Source: Patescibacteria group bacterium (GTDB lineage: Bacteria > Patescibacteriota > Gracilibacteria > BD1-5 > UBA2023). Taken from it: a stretch of DNA of 38,181 nucleotides. The notes below the pieces were generated by a model that worked only from the letters and a program-made list of their open reading frames with translations, was not told where the DNA came from and did not search any database. Positions 1-8,872 of this stretch are shown in pieces (the first letter of the stretch is position 1; every line of letters starts with the position of its first letter). Made by a program: the position numbers and the translations under genes. The stretch covers positions 1-38,181 of the forward strand of contig JBAQKV010000073.1 in the NCBI GenBank assembly GCA_049301335.1, written 5' to 3'.

Positions 1-1
1 A

Positions 2-1978
2 ATCAATGCCGCATCCGCGGAAGGCGCTCCGGTAGGCGAAGGCCGCCGCCAGGGCGGTCGCGGGGGCAAGCCGCACGGCGGCGCTCCGCGTCACGAAGGA
101 CGCTCCGGCGCTCCCCGCCACCACGAAGGTTCCGCTCCGGCTCCGCGCCGCGAGGGGTACTTCAAGAATGCCGGCCCGAAGGGCGGCAAGGTCGATAACG
201 CTCCGGTAGGACCGGGCGCGAATTTCGTCACTATCCCGAAATTCCGCTCCAAGCGCAATTTCCCGTTCGTCACCCCGGCGCAGGCCCTCAAGAAGCACGC
301 CCCGTACCCGGAACACAAGGCGCACGTCCACGCTCCGGCCGACACGCTCCGCATCGTTCCGTTCGGAGGCCTCGAGCAGGTAGGCCTCAACTGTATCGGT
401 TTCGAATACGGCAACGAAATCCTCATCGTCGACATGGGCCTCCAGTTCGCCGACCAGTACCAGTTCGGAACCCAGTGCTCCATCCCGGACCTTTCCTACG
501 TGAAGGGCAAGAAGGTCGTGGGGATCTGCATTACCCACGGACACATCGACCACATCGGCGCCGTTCCGTTCGCCATGAAGCAGCTCGGCCTCAACACCCC
601 GCTCTACGCGACCCCGATGGCCTACGAGCTCATCGCCATGAAGCAGGCCGAAATCAACGCGCCGCTTTCCAACATGAAGCACTACGAGCGCGACGTTCAG
701 ATCGAAATTTCGGACAACTTCTCCGTCATGCCGTTCACCGTCGACCACTCCATCCCCGACTCCGTCGGCCTCCTCATCGAGACCCCGGTAGGGCGCTTCG
801 TCCACACTGGCGACTGGAAGTTCGACAAGAACCCGCTTCCGTACCGCCCGTCCACCAACTACGAACTCCTCGAATCCATCGGTAACCGCGGCGTCCGCGC
901 GCTCCTTTCGGACTCCACCAACGCCCACCTCCGCGGTTCGTCGATTTCGGAATCCGAAGTCATCGGATCCATCGAGGACATCTTCTCGGAAGCGAAGGGC
1001 CGCGTAATCACCGCGACCTTCTCGTCGATTATCGACCGCGTCATGATCATCGTCGCCGCCGCCGAAAAGTTCAACCGCAAGGTCGTTCTCCTCGGACGCG
1101 GAATGAACAACTACATGGACATCGCCATGAAGCTCGGGTACGCCCGTCCGAAGGTGGGGACTATCATCACCATGGAAGACGCCAACCGCCTTCCTGACGA
1201 CCAGGTCACCATCTGTTGTACCGGCGCCCAGGGCGAACGCTACGCGGCGCTCATGCGCATCGCGACCGGCGAATCCAAGGACACTTTCCTCAAGCCGGAC
1301 GACACCGTCGTCTTCTCGTCGTCGGTCATCCCGGGCAACGAACGCTCCGTACAGGGCCTCTTCGACGTCATCCTCGCCCAGGGTCCGAAGATCTACCAAT
1401 ACAAGGAATCCGAAATCCACGCCGGCGGACACGCCCGCCAGGAAGATACCAAGAAGATGATCTCGCTCATCCGTCCGGAAGTGTACATGCCGATCTACGG
1501 CTACCCGCACATGCTCCACGGAAATGCCCGCAACGCGTACGACATGGAATACGCGAAGGACAAGGTCATCATCGGCCGCAACGGGCAGATCATGGAATTC
1601 ACCAAGGATTCGTTCCGCGTAACCGACGACTACGTTCCGCACCGTCTCATCGAAGTCGACGGCTACACCATCGGCTACACCAACGAAGAACACCTCCACG
1701 AGCGCCAGCAGCTCATGACCGGCGGAACCATCGCGGTTTCCATCGCGAAGAAGCCGGGCCAGTACCTCATCAACTTCGACTGCGCCGGTTTTCCGGAGCT
1801 CACGAATTTCCCGAGGATGGAAGCCCGCATGCGCGACTTCATCCAGATGACCCTCGCCCAGGACATCACGAAGTTCCCGGACGCCCACCACTTCAAGAAG
1901 CACGTGTCCAAAAAGCTCCACGACATCGTCTTCGACGAAGTCGGCAAGGAACCTATCATCATGGTCCTCGTCCACTAA
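2..1978 (+). CDS. rnj: Ribonuclease J (metallo-beta-lactamase/beta-CASP family), 5'-partial. The frame is open to the window edge, with an Arg/Gly-rich N-terminal extension.
   Basis: The core starts 'LRIVPFGGLEQVGLNCIGFEYGNEILIVDMG', upstream of the ATG at 434 used by the ORF track. The HxHxDH motif 'THGHIDHIGA' is present. There is no in-frame ATG/GTG/TTG and no stop between nt 2 and 433. TAA stop at 1976-1978. Confidence 0.9.
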   Translation: MNAASAEGAPVGEGRRQGGRGGKPHGGAPRHEGRSGAPRHHEGSAPAPRREGYFKNAGPKGGKVDNAPVGPGANFVTIPKFRSKRNFPFVTPAQALKKHAPYPEHKAHVHAPADTLRIVPFGGLEQVGLNCIGFEYGNEILIVDMGLQFADQYQFGTQCSIPDLSYVKGKKVVGICITHGHIDHIGAVPFAMKQLGLNTPLYATPMAYELIAMKQAEINAPLSNMKHYERDVQIEISDNFSVMPFTVDHSIPDSVGLLIETPVGRFVHTGDWKFDKNPLPYRPSTNYELLESIGNRGVRALLSDSTNAHLRGSSISESEVIGSIEDIFSEAKGRVITATFSSIIDRVMIIVAAAEKFNRKVVLLGRGMNNYMDIAMKLGYARPKVGTIITMEDANRLPDDQVTICCTGAQGERYAALMRIATGESKDTFLKPDDTVVFSSSVIPGNERSVQGLFDVILAQGPKIYQYKESEIHAGGHARQEDTKKMISLIRPEVYMPIYGYPHMLHGNARNAYDMEYAKDKVIIGRNGQIMEFTKDSFRVTDDYVPHRLIEVDGYTIGYTNEEHLHERQQLMTGGTIAVSIAKKPGQYLINFDCAGFPELTNFPRMEARMRDFIQMTLAQDITKFPDAHHFKKHVSKKLHDIVFDEVGKEPIIMVLVH

Positions 1979-1983
1979 TCGAA

Positions 1984-2014
1984 AAAAATCCCCCGGAATT
2001 CCGGGGGATTTTTC
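1984..2014. terminator. Bidirectional rho-independent terminator between convergent genes
   Basis: Sequence aaaaATCCCCCGGaattCCGGGGGATtttt: perfect 9-bp stem, 4-nt loop, with A/T runs on both sides. Confidence 0.7.
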
Positions 2015-2020
2015 ATGCGG

Positions 2021-3475
2021 CTAAACGGTTGCGGTAGGGCCTGTTGCCGGAGCCTGTTTCTTGCCGTAGGTGGATTCGATCTGCGAGAGGTATTTTTTCG
2101 CCTGGGTCATGCACTTATCGGAGATGCGCTGGTAGTCGGCATCGGTGAGATTCGAAACGATGTCCTTCGTCAGGCCGTTCCATCCGTTCTGCATCCGGTC
2201 GAAGCGGGCCTGGGGATTCGCGAATTCGCCGAAACGCTGCATGGAACCTTCGAGGTGGGCGATCGCTTCCGGACTTTCGCCGTTCGCCTTCATTTCGGCG
2301 AGCTCGCGTTCCATATGTTCGTATTCGGCGTTGTAGGTCGCGACGCCTTCGTTGTACGACGAGGCTTTCCCTTCGGCGTGCCTTCGAAAATCCTTCACCC
2401 CCTTTTCTTCGAAAATTTGGGCGACCTCGTTCATGACGAAGGTCTGGAGAAGGGCATAGTCGCCGTTCTTGTCGCCGATTTGGAAACTGGTTTCCCCGGT
2501 GGCGGGATCCTGCTTGAATTCGGAAAGCGCGTTGCCGATGTTCGTCATGATTTCGTATTTGTCCGTCGCCATCCCTACCGAATGGGCGAGGAATTCGTCG
2601 ACCTGGACGGAATTGTTCGGAACGAAATCCACGCCTTCGGCCGCCCATTTCTTGCCTTCTTCCGGGGAAAGCGGCTGGCGGTTTGGGAAACCGTAGAGTT
2701 CTTTAAGTACACGGTGCGATTCTTCGTGGTTCACGGTCGCCTGGCGTACGTTTTCCATATCGAAGCCGTCCGCCTGTTCCTGCGTGAAACGCCCCTTTTC
2801 GACGTAAGTCTTCAGGTTCGAATCGATGTTCCCTCCGTTCAAAAGGCCGAAACCGGCGATCTGGTATCCCTGTTTTTCGAGCTTCGGGTCGTTGATGACG
2901 GTCACGGGTTGGAGTTCCGGAAGGTCGGGGCCGTAAAGTTTCGAGAGCTTGTCCTTGCTCGGGTTCACCTTGCCTTCTACGGGAATGAGGAAATCCCCCG
3001 AACTGAGTACGTCGGTGTTGAGGTAGTATCCGGCCTTTTCGAGCGTGGGTTTGATCTGTTGGATAGCGGCGAAAGAATCGGCGACGGTGGCTCAGGCCTT
3101 GCCATCCAGACACCCTAAGCGGTTCAACTCGTCGCAAAGAGTGGGGAACTTGCCTTTGAGGTCCGGCGAATTCGCGAGGGCGTTCATCATGACCAACTGA
3201 AGCTCGACCTTTCCGGCCACGCCATTGCTGTCGATCGCGTTCCTGACGTATTCGTTGATGTTTCGGACGTTCTCCGCGGTCAGTTCGCCCTTGATGGCGT
3301 CCGAAGACTCTTTGGCGGATTCGTTTCCCGAAAGTTTCGGGAGTTTGGATTCGATCTGCGCCGCCGCGTCTTGCGCGGCTTCCGGGCTCGCGAGAACCGA
3401 CTCCGTAGCTTTTTCCGTAGCGGAAGGTACGGAATCCTGCGTTCGTTCGGGGGAATCTCAGAATCGTTCGTTCAT
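2021..3475 (-). CDS. Hypothetical protein (484 aa if UGA is read through) with an HExxH motif and an acidic, Ser-rich N-terminus
   Basis: One continuous frame runs from ATG 3475 to TAA 2021, with in-frame TGA at 3458-3460 and 3092-3094. Both sides of each TGA look coding (GC3 bias). No alternative start exists for about 95 codons after the first TGA. 'VNHEESHRV' is an HExxH motif. The ORF track lists only the distal 315 aa, from a GTG. Confidence 0.6.
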
Positions 3476-3481
3476 GGGTCT

Positions 3482-3760
3482 TTAGAAAAATGTTTCAAGC
3501 ACGTCCTCCGCCCGTTCGTTCTTCGATTCCTCACGTTCTTTCTCTCGGAGTCCCGTAAGCATTGCGGTGAGTGCCGCAGCACGTTTTCCGGTCATTTTCG
3601 CAGCGGTGGATTCCATAATTTGGGAAACCAGCGAATAGAGGGTTTCGATATCGGCATCCGTTGCCCGTCCGCCCTTAAGGTACGCGGAGTACTCCGCAAT
3701 GGTGGGCGATTCTTTCGCGAGCCGTTCGAAAACGGATATGAGGTATTGCGTTTTATCCAT
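3482..3760 (-). CDS. Hypothetical small protein (92 aa)
   Basis: The ORF begins at 'MDKTQYLISVFERLAKE...'. The longer 181-aa ORF in the track would run across the csp promoter region. TAA stop lies 6 nt before the next gene's ATG, giving an operon-like arrangement. No clear SD. Confidence 0.45.
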   Translation of the reverse strand: MDKTQYLISVFERLAKESPTIAEYSAYLKGGRATDADIETLYSLVSQIMESTAAKMTGKRAAALTAMLTGLREKEREESKNERAEDVLETFF

Positions 3761-3940
3761 GGTTCCAGTTAGTTCAGTATGCCCTATTTCCTGGCCCAGC
3801 GCAAAATACCGGACGCTTTTATTAAAAAACTTTTGCTTTTCCGAAAACGTGGTACAATGACTCCCGTATAGGTCGGAACCTACCCAAAGCGATGAAGGGG
3901 GCGAAGCATATACGGAATTACTTTTCTTTTTTTTCTCCTC

Positions 3941-4144
3941 ATGCAGGGAACCGTCAAGAAGCTCAAGAAGGAATCTGGCTTCGGCTTCGCTCGCCCGGAA
4001 GATGGATCTTCCGACGTATTCTTCCACTTCACTGGTGTTCTCGGTGGTGCTTCGGCTTTCGAAGCTCTCGAAGAAGGTCAGGCCATCACGTTCGACATCG
4101 AACAGGGCAAGAAGGGACCGCAGGCTATCAACGTTTCCGTTTAG
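3941..4144 (+). CDS. csp: Cold-shock protein (CspA family, 67 aa)
   Basis: 'GTVKKLKKESGFGFARPEDGSSDVFFHF' contains RNP1-like 'GFGF' and RNP2-like 'VFFHF'. TAG stop, with a terminator immediately after. An upstream extended -10 reads 'TGgTACAAT' (about 3868-3876). Confidence 0.9.
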   Translation: MQGTVKKLKKESGFGFARPEDGSSDVFFHFTGVLGGASAFEALEEGQAITFDIEQGKKGPQAINVSV

Positions 4145-4162
4145 TCAGCTCTTCAGCTTTGG

Positions 4163-4190
4163 AAAACCCCTCGAAAGAGGGGTTTTTCTT
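4163..4190 (+). terminator. Rho-independent terminator of csp
   Basis: Sequence aaaaCCCCTCgaaaGAGGGGtttttc. Confidence 0.7.
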
Positions 4191-4270
4191 TCGTTCGACC
4201 CGGGACTTCCACGGTTTTTTGCCAGCGGACGGACGATATGGCAAAATGGGGAGGTAACTCCAGAGTCCCT

Positions 4271-4390
4271 ATGATCGAAGAACGCCTGCGACAGGCGACG
4301 TCGCTCTTGCAAGACATTCGCGAAGCCCTCGAGTCCATCGCCGAGGACGCGAAATTTTTAAAGGAATACGCCCGTAACGTCACCGAATAA
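4271..4390 (+). CDS. Possible small ORF (39 aa), translationally coupled to the next gene
   Basis: 'MIEERLRQATSLLQDIREALESIAEDAKFLKEYARNVTE'. Its TAA overlaps the next ATG (TAATG at 4388-4392). GGAGG lies about 17 nt upstream. Confidence 0.3.
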   Translation: MIEERLRQATSLLQDIREALESIAEDAKFLKEYARNVTE

Positions 4391-4848
4391 TGTCCATCGA
4401 TACGAATGCGGGCAGGTCCGCACCGACGGAATCCTTGTCGAAAATGGCGGAAAACGCCCTGCAGGAAGACCTTCGCGCATCCGAAGAAGAGGCGCGTCTC
4501 GCGGATGCGGTCGACGCCATCAAAGGCGAATTTTCGAACGTCGCGACCGGAATATCGCAACTCGAAGGCGCGGATATCGGCGGAGAGAACTTCGAAAAGG
4601 TGCTTTTCATCGCCGACCGGCTCTCCACGCTCGCGGAAATTTCGCCGTCCCTCGCCGTACGTCCGGATCTTCGGAAAGAATTCGACCATGCCGTACGGTA
4701 CGTCGCGTCCGAATTCATCCGCATCATGTCCGTGAAATTCGATCGTGCCGAACTGACGGAAGTCCAGAAAGAAGAGTTCGTCTCGGCATTGAGAAAACTC
4801 GACCAATCGCTTGACGCGCTCGGATCGAAAAACCCCGTCGAACGCTAA
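4390..4848 (+). CDS. Hypothetical protein (152 aa)
   Basis: Intact ORF with GC3-biased codons and a TAA stop followed by a terminator. I recognise no domain. Confidence 0.55.
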   Translation: MSIDTNAGRSAPTESLSKMAENALQEDLRASEEEARLADAVDAIKGEFSNVATGISQLEGADIGGENFEKVLFIADRLSTLAEISPSLAVRPDLRKEFDHAVRYVASEFIRIMSVKFDRAELTEVQKEEFVSALRKLDQSLDALGSKNPVER

Positions 4849-4870
4849 TCGGCCCAGCTGACGAACGATA

Positions 4871-4897
4871 AACGCCCCGGAATCCGGGGCGTTTTCT
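4871..4897. terminator. Rho-independent terminator between convergent genes
   Basis: Sequence aaCGCCCCGGaatCCGGGGCGttttc. Confidence 0.65.
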
Positions 4898-4917
4898 TTT
4901 CCGTTTTTCAGGAGGGA

Positions 4918-5502
4918 CTAGGCCGAATACCTCTTGGAAATCACGTTCCAGTCCACGAGGTTCCAGAATTTTTCCACGTATTCCGCGCGGCGGTTGCGGT
5001 AGTCGACGTAGTAGGCGTGTTCCCAGACGTCGCAGGTGAGAAGCGGGACGTCTTCGGTAGTGAGCGGGGTGGCGGCGTTCGAAGTGGAGACGAGCGCGAG
5101 CGAGCCGTCGGGTTTCTTTACGAGCCAGCCCCAGCCGGAACCGAAGGTTTTGATCGCGACTTCCGAGAACTTCGCCTTGAACTCGGCGAAAGAACCGAAA
5201 TCCGCGGCGATTCGCGCGGCGAGTTCGCCCGTAGGTTCGCCTCCGGCGTTCGGCGCGAGAGATTCGAAGTAGAACGTGTGGTTCCAGATTTGCGCGGCGT
5301 TGTTGAAAACCGGGCCCGGAGCGGCGGTCTTCACGATTTCTTCGAGGGATTTCGATTCGAGTTCGGTTCCCGCGGCGAGGCCGTTCAGATTGTCGACGTA
5401 GGCTTTGTGGTGTTTGCCGTGGTGGAGTTGGAGGGTTTCTTCCGAAATCCACGGAGCGAGGGCGCCGTAAGCGTAGGGGAGGGGCCCCAGTTCGAAGGAC
5501 AT
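4918..5502 (-). CDS. sodB: Superoxide dismutase, Fe type (194 aa)
   Basis: 'MSFELGPLPYAYGALAPWISEETLQLHHGKHH', 'AAQIWNHTFYF' and 'DVWEHAYYVDYRNRR' are present. I place the start at the internal ATG 5502 rather than 5580. TAG stop. Confidence 0.92.
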   Translation of the reverse strand: MSFELGPLPYAYGALAPWISEETLQLHHGKHHKAYVDNLNGLAAGTELESKSLEEIVKTAAPGPVFNNAAQIWNHTFYFESLAPNAGGEPTGELAARIAADFGSFAEFKAKFSEVAIKTFGSGWGWLVKKPDGSLALVSTSNAATPLTTEDVPLLTCDVWEHAYYVDYRNRRAEYVEKFWNLVDWNVISKRYSA

Positions 5503-5653
5503 GTTTTTTGGAGTTGGGAGTATTCGCCGGCTTGCGGCGGTCTTTGGAAAAAGGTTCCGTGACCGGCAATAGTAGCGCAAAACGCCGGCATATCAACCCG
5601 GGCTTTACGCAATCGTTTTTATCCCTATCATCGGTGGGCACTTTCTTTTCCCT

Positions 5654-6304
5654 ATGAAAAAAACCACCACCGCCGCATTGGCGATCGTTTCCGCTTTCGC
5701 GCTCGCTTCCTGCTCCGCGGGACCGACCGGCACCTCTACCCTCCAGCCGGCGAGGACTTCCACCGTTTCGAAAGAAATCGAATCCCCGGTCCTCGGCAAC
5801 GCCGCTTCGAAGGTCGAAGTGAAGATTTTCTCCGACTATCAGTGCCCGGCTTGCCAGCGCTTCCATTCGCTCATCGAAGGAAAGCTCGTGAAGGATTACG
5901 TCGATACCGGCAAGGTCAAGCTCGTCTACAAGAGCTACCCGCTCCCGCAGCACCAGAACGCCGAAGGCGACGCCGTAGCGTCGTTCTGCGCGCTTTCGCA
6001 GGGCAAGTTCACCGAGTTCTCCGAAAAGATGTACACGCTCGAGGAAGCCAAGGCGAACGTCGACGTTACGGATGCGGAACGTCTCGAAGTGGCGAAATTC
6101 GCCGGAGTCGCCGACATACCGGCGTTCGAAACCTGCCTGAAGGAAGGATGGTACGTGAACCGCATGAAAAAGGACATGCAGGACGGCGACCGCCTCGGGC
6201 TCGACCATACCCCGTCGATCTACGTGAACGACAAGATCATGGACTTCAAGAGCGTGGAAGAATTCTTCTCGATTTTGGACGCTTCGGTCGCTGCGGCGAA
6301 ATAG
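5654..6304 (+). CDS. DsbA-family thiol:disulfide oxidoreductase, lipoprotein
   Basis: Signal peptide with lipobox 'ALASC'. The CxxC motif 'YQCPACQRF' is present and 'TPSIYVND' is the cis-Pro-loop region. TAG stop. Confidence 0.8.
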   Translation: MKKTTTAALAIVSAFALASCSAGPTGTSTLQPARTSTVSKEIESPVLGNAASKVEVKIFSDYQCPACQRFHSLIEGKLVKDYVDTGKVKLVYKSYPLPQHQNAEGDAVASFCALSQGKFTEFSEKMYTLEEAKANVDVTDAERLEVAKFAGVADIPAFETCLKEGWYVNRMKKDMQDGDRLGLDHTPSIYVNDKIMDFKSVEEFFSILDASVAAAK

Positions 6305-6318
6305 CTGAATTTTCTTTT

Positions 6319-6351
6319 ATAGCCCCGGGGGAACCGGGGCTATATTTTTTT
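6319..6351 (+). terminator. Rho-independent terminator
   Basis: Sequence atAGCCCCGGgggaaCCGGGGCTatattttttt. Confidence 0.7.
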
Positions 6352-6445
6352 CGCGGAAGGTGGGAAAACCAATCTTTCCGCATATTCGTTTGACTTAGTC
6401 AAGAGTGACGTTATAAACGCAAGGTTGAACCGATAACATTCGCGA

Positions 6446-8821
6446 ATGAACGCACCCGACAAAGCTCCGGAATTTCTCGCTTCCGAGGCTGAAAAAGCAG
6501 TAGCCGACAACAAACCGAAAGTCTCCGTAACTTCCCGTAAGCTCCAGCTCGGATCCGGGCTTTTGGGCACCCTTTCGGTGTTGGCGAAAGATTCGCAGCT
6601 CGACCCCAAAAAACAGGCCGACGCGATCCGCAAGGTGTTGAAAGAAATCGGAAACGAAGAAGAGGAGGATCAGAAAACCTTCTTCCTCGCCTTTTACGAA
6701 ACCCTCCGCCGCTATAACGCCGTCATGACGTACGACGCCGACGCCGCGGGAGTCGTGGAAATTCCCCAGATTCTCGCCATGCGTCCGCTTTCGCGCAAAA
6801 AGCTCGCGACTTTCGTGTTGAAAAACGAAATCGGCAAGCGGTACGACCTCCTGCCGGAAGGCGAACGCGCTTCCCGCGTGGCATCGGGCGAAAGCCGAGA
6901 TTCCTATGTGAAAAAACGTCTCCGCTCTCTCTATTCGGCCCTTTCCATCCATCCGGAGGACATGATCGGCGGTTTGAACGAGGCGGTGGGCATGTCCGAC
7001 GCGGCGCTCCGTTTCCACGAAGCGTATTTCACCAACCAGACCAGTTGGGACAGCCTCGATTCCCTCATGGACGAGTTCGGGCTCGACGCGGACCTCATCA
7101 TCCAATTCGCCGAAGACCACCCGGAACTCCAGATCAACGTCGCCAAACTCAAGCGTTCGGTAGGGCTTACCGATAACGACGGGCAACAGAACCTCGCGTC
7201 CAACCTCCTCGCTCCGGTGGAAAAGCCCGTGAACGCGCAGGTGGCCAAGGTACTCGACCTCGAACTCCGCGAAGTTGAGGCCAACGGGTTCATCAACCCG
7301 AACTGGTTCCTCTACGACATTTCGACCTATCTCGGCATCAAGCTCTACGGCGAACCGAAGACCCGCTACGTTTTCGGAACGTACTTTTTCAACGCCGTCC
7401 GCCAGATGGACGAGAAATTCGACCTCGGATTGAAGTACCCCGATTTCTACAACCTCTGCAATTTCCGCCTCGCCAAGACCGGACCGGACGGAAAGCCTTC
7501 GCAGAACGCCAACGGAAAGCCCGAGCTCGTCGACGTGGCGCACCACGTTTTCGAATGGGTCGTGCCGAACGATTTCGACTTCGCCAAACTGAAGGAACTC
7601 GCGGCGACCCTCCGCGGCGCCATTCCGGAACTCCTCACGGTTTCCGCCCGTCAGAAAGATTTCCGCCACCCGATCAAGACCGTCGCGGGACGCCAAACCT
7701 ACGTAGGGTACTTCACCGACGCGAAGGACTTCGAGAATACCAACCTCCTTCTCCTCAAGCCCAACGAAAAGGGAGGGGAAACCCGCGTCCGCATTTCCAC
7801 GGACGTTCCGCAGGACCAATTCCTCTACCTCCTCGCGCAGACTTCGCGCTTCGTCGCGCAGGGCGACTTCATCGACCCGAAACAGCTCTGGACGCTCATC
7901 TACCGCGCCTACAACCGCCTTTCCACCGAGAACGTCACGACCTTTGACATCACCGTGTTCGAAGAACAGTACCGCGAACTCGTCCGTAACGTCATCTGGC
8001 CGCTTTCCCGCGAATACTACGAAGAGCACGGCAAGCCCGGACGCGCCCACCACACCGCGCTGGTCGGCCTCTACGGAACCGGGAAGTCCCAGTTCCTCTT
8101 GAACCTCCTTTCGAAGAAGGAATTCGAATTCGGCGGCGAAACGCTCCATCTCAACGCCAACACCGTCAATATCGGGCTCATGGACTTCGTCGACCTTCTG
8201 ACGAAGAACGCTTCGGATTTCAAGAAGCGCCTCTCGGACATCCACGAGAACACCAAACTCCCGATCATCATCATTATCGAAGATATCGACACGCTCATCA
8301 ACGAAGAGGGCGGAAAATCCGACATCGTCACGCAGGCGATGACCAACTTCCTCGAAGGCGTGGGATCGATGCCGGTAACCGTCATCACGTCATCCAACTA
8401 TCCGGAACGCCTTTCCGACCGCCTCATCCGACCGAACCGCTTCGACCGCATCGTGCCGTTCAACCTCCCTTTGCCGGAAAAGATCGTCCGCGAAGCGTTC
8501 GCCAACCACGTCAAACGCAACGGGCTCGAAAAGGTCTTCGCCGATTCCGGTCTCGACGCCCAGTCGGTAGCGGACGAATTCGTCCCGAGAATGAAGGACT
8601 TCACCACTTCGCACGTCGGTTCGTTCATCGAGGCTATCCGCCACGACTACGAATTCGAAAAGAAGTTCAATCCCGAATACCGTCCGTCCATGAAGGGATT
8701 GGATTCGATCTTCGGAGCCATCCTCGTTTCCGTGGATGACATCCAGATGCGCCAGAAGACCATCACCGCATGGTATGAAAAACTTCTCGACCGCAGTGGC
8801 AAGAAGAAAATGGGTTTTTAA
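6446..8821 (+). CDS. AAA+ ATPase (classic AAA clade) with a roughly 520-aa N-terminal region of unknown function
   Basis: Walker A 'GLYGTGKSQF', Walker B 'IIIIIEDIDTL', and an SRH-like 'SSNYPERLSDRLIRPNRFDRIV'. TAA stop. Confidence 0.8.
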   Translation: MNAPDKAPEFLASEAEKAVADNKPKVSVTSRKLQLGSGLLGTLSVLAKDSQLDPKKQADAIRKVLKEIGNEEEEDQKTFFLAFYETLRRYNAVMTYDADAAGVVEIPQILAMRPLSRKKLATFVLKNEIGKRYDLLPEGERASRVASGESRDSYVKKRLRSLYSALSIHPEDMIGGLNEAVGMSDAALRFHEAYFTNQTSWDSLDSLMDEFGLDADLIIQFAEDHPELQINVAKLKRSVGLTDNDGQQNLASNLLAPVEKPVNAQVAKVLDLELREVEANGFINPNWFLYDISTYLGIKLYGEPKTRYVFGTYFFNAVRQMDEKFDLGLKYPDFYNLCNFRLAKTGPDGKPSQNANGKPELVDVAHHVFEWVVPNDFDFAKLKELAATLRGAIPELLTVSARQKDFRHPIKTVAGRQTYVGYFTDAKDFENTNLLLLKPNEKGGETRVRISTDVPQDQFLYLLAQTSRFVAQGDFIDPKQLWTLIYRAYNRLSTENVTTFDITVFEEQYRELVRNVIWPLSREYYEEHGKPGRAHHTALVGLYGTGKSQFLLNLLSKKEFEFGGETLHLNANTVNIGLMDFVDLLTKNASDFKKRLSDIHENTKLPIIIIIEDIDTLINEEGGKSDIVTQAMTNFLEGVGSMPVTVITSSNYPERLSDRLIRPNRFDRIVPFNLPLPEKIVREAFANHVKRNGLEKVFADSGLDAQSVADEFVPRMKDFTTSHVGSFIEAIRHDYEFEKKFNPEYRPSMKGLDSIFGAILVSVDDIQMRQKTITAWYEKLLDRSGKKKMGF

Positions 8822-8872
8822 AACGGACGGCAGTCCGGTAATATCGAAACCGTAGCACCTCATTCCCGCCAC

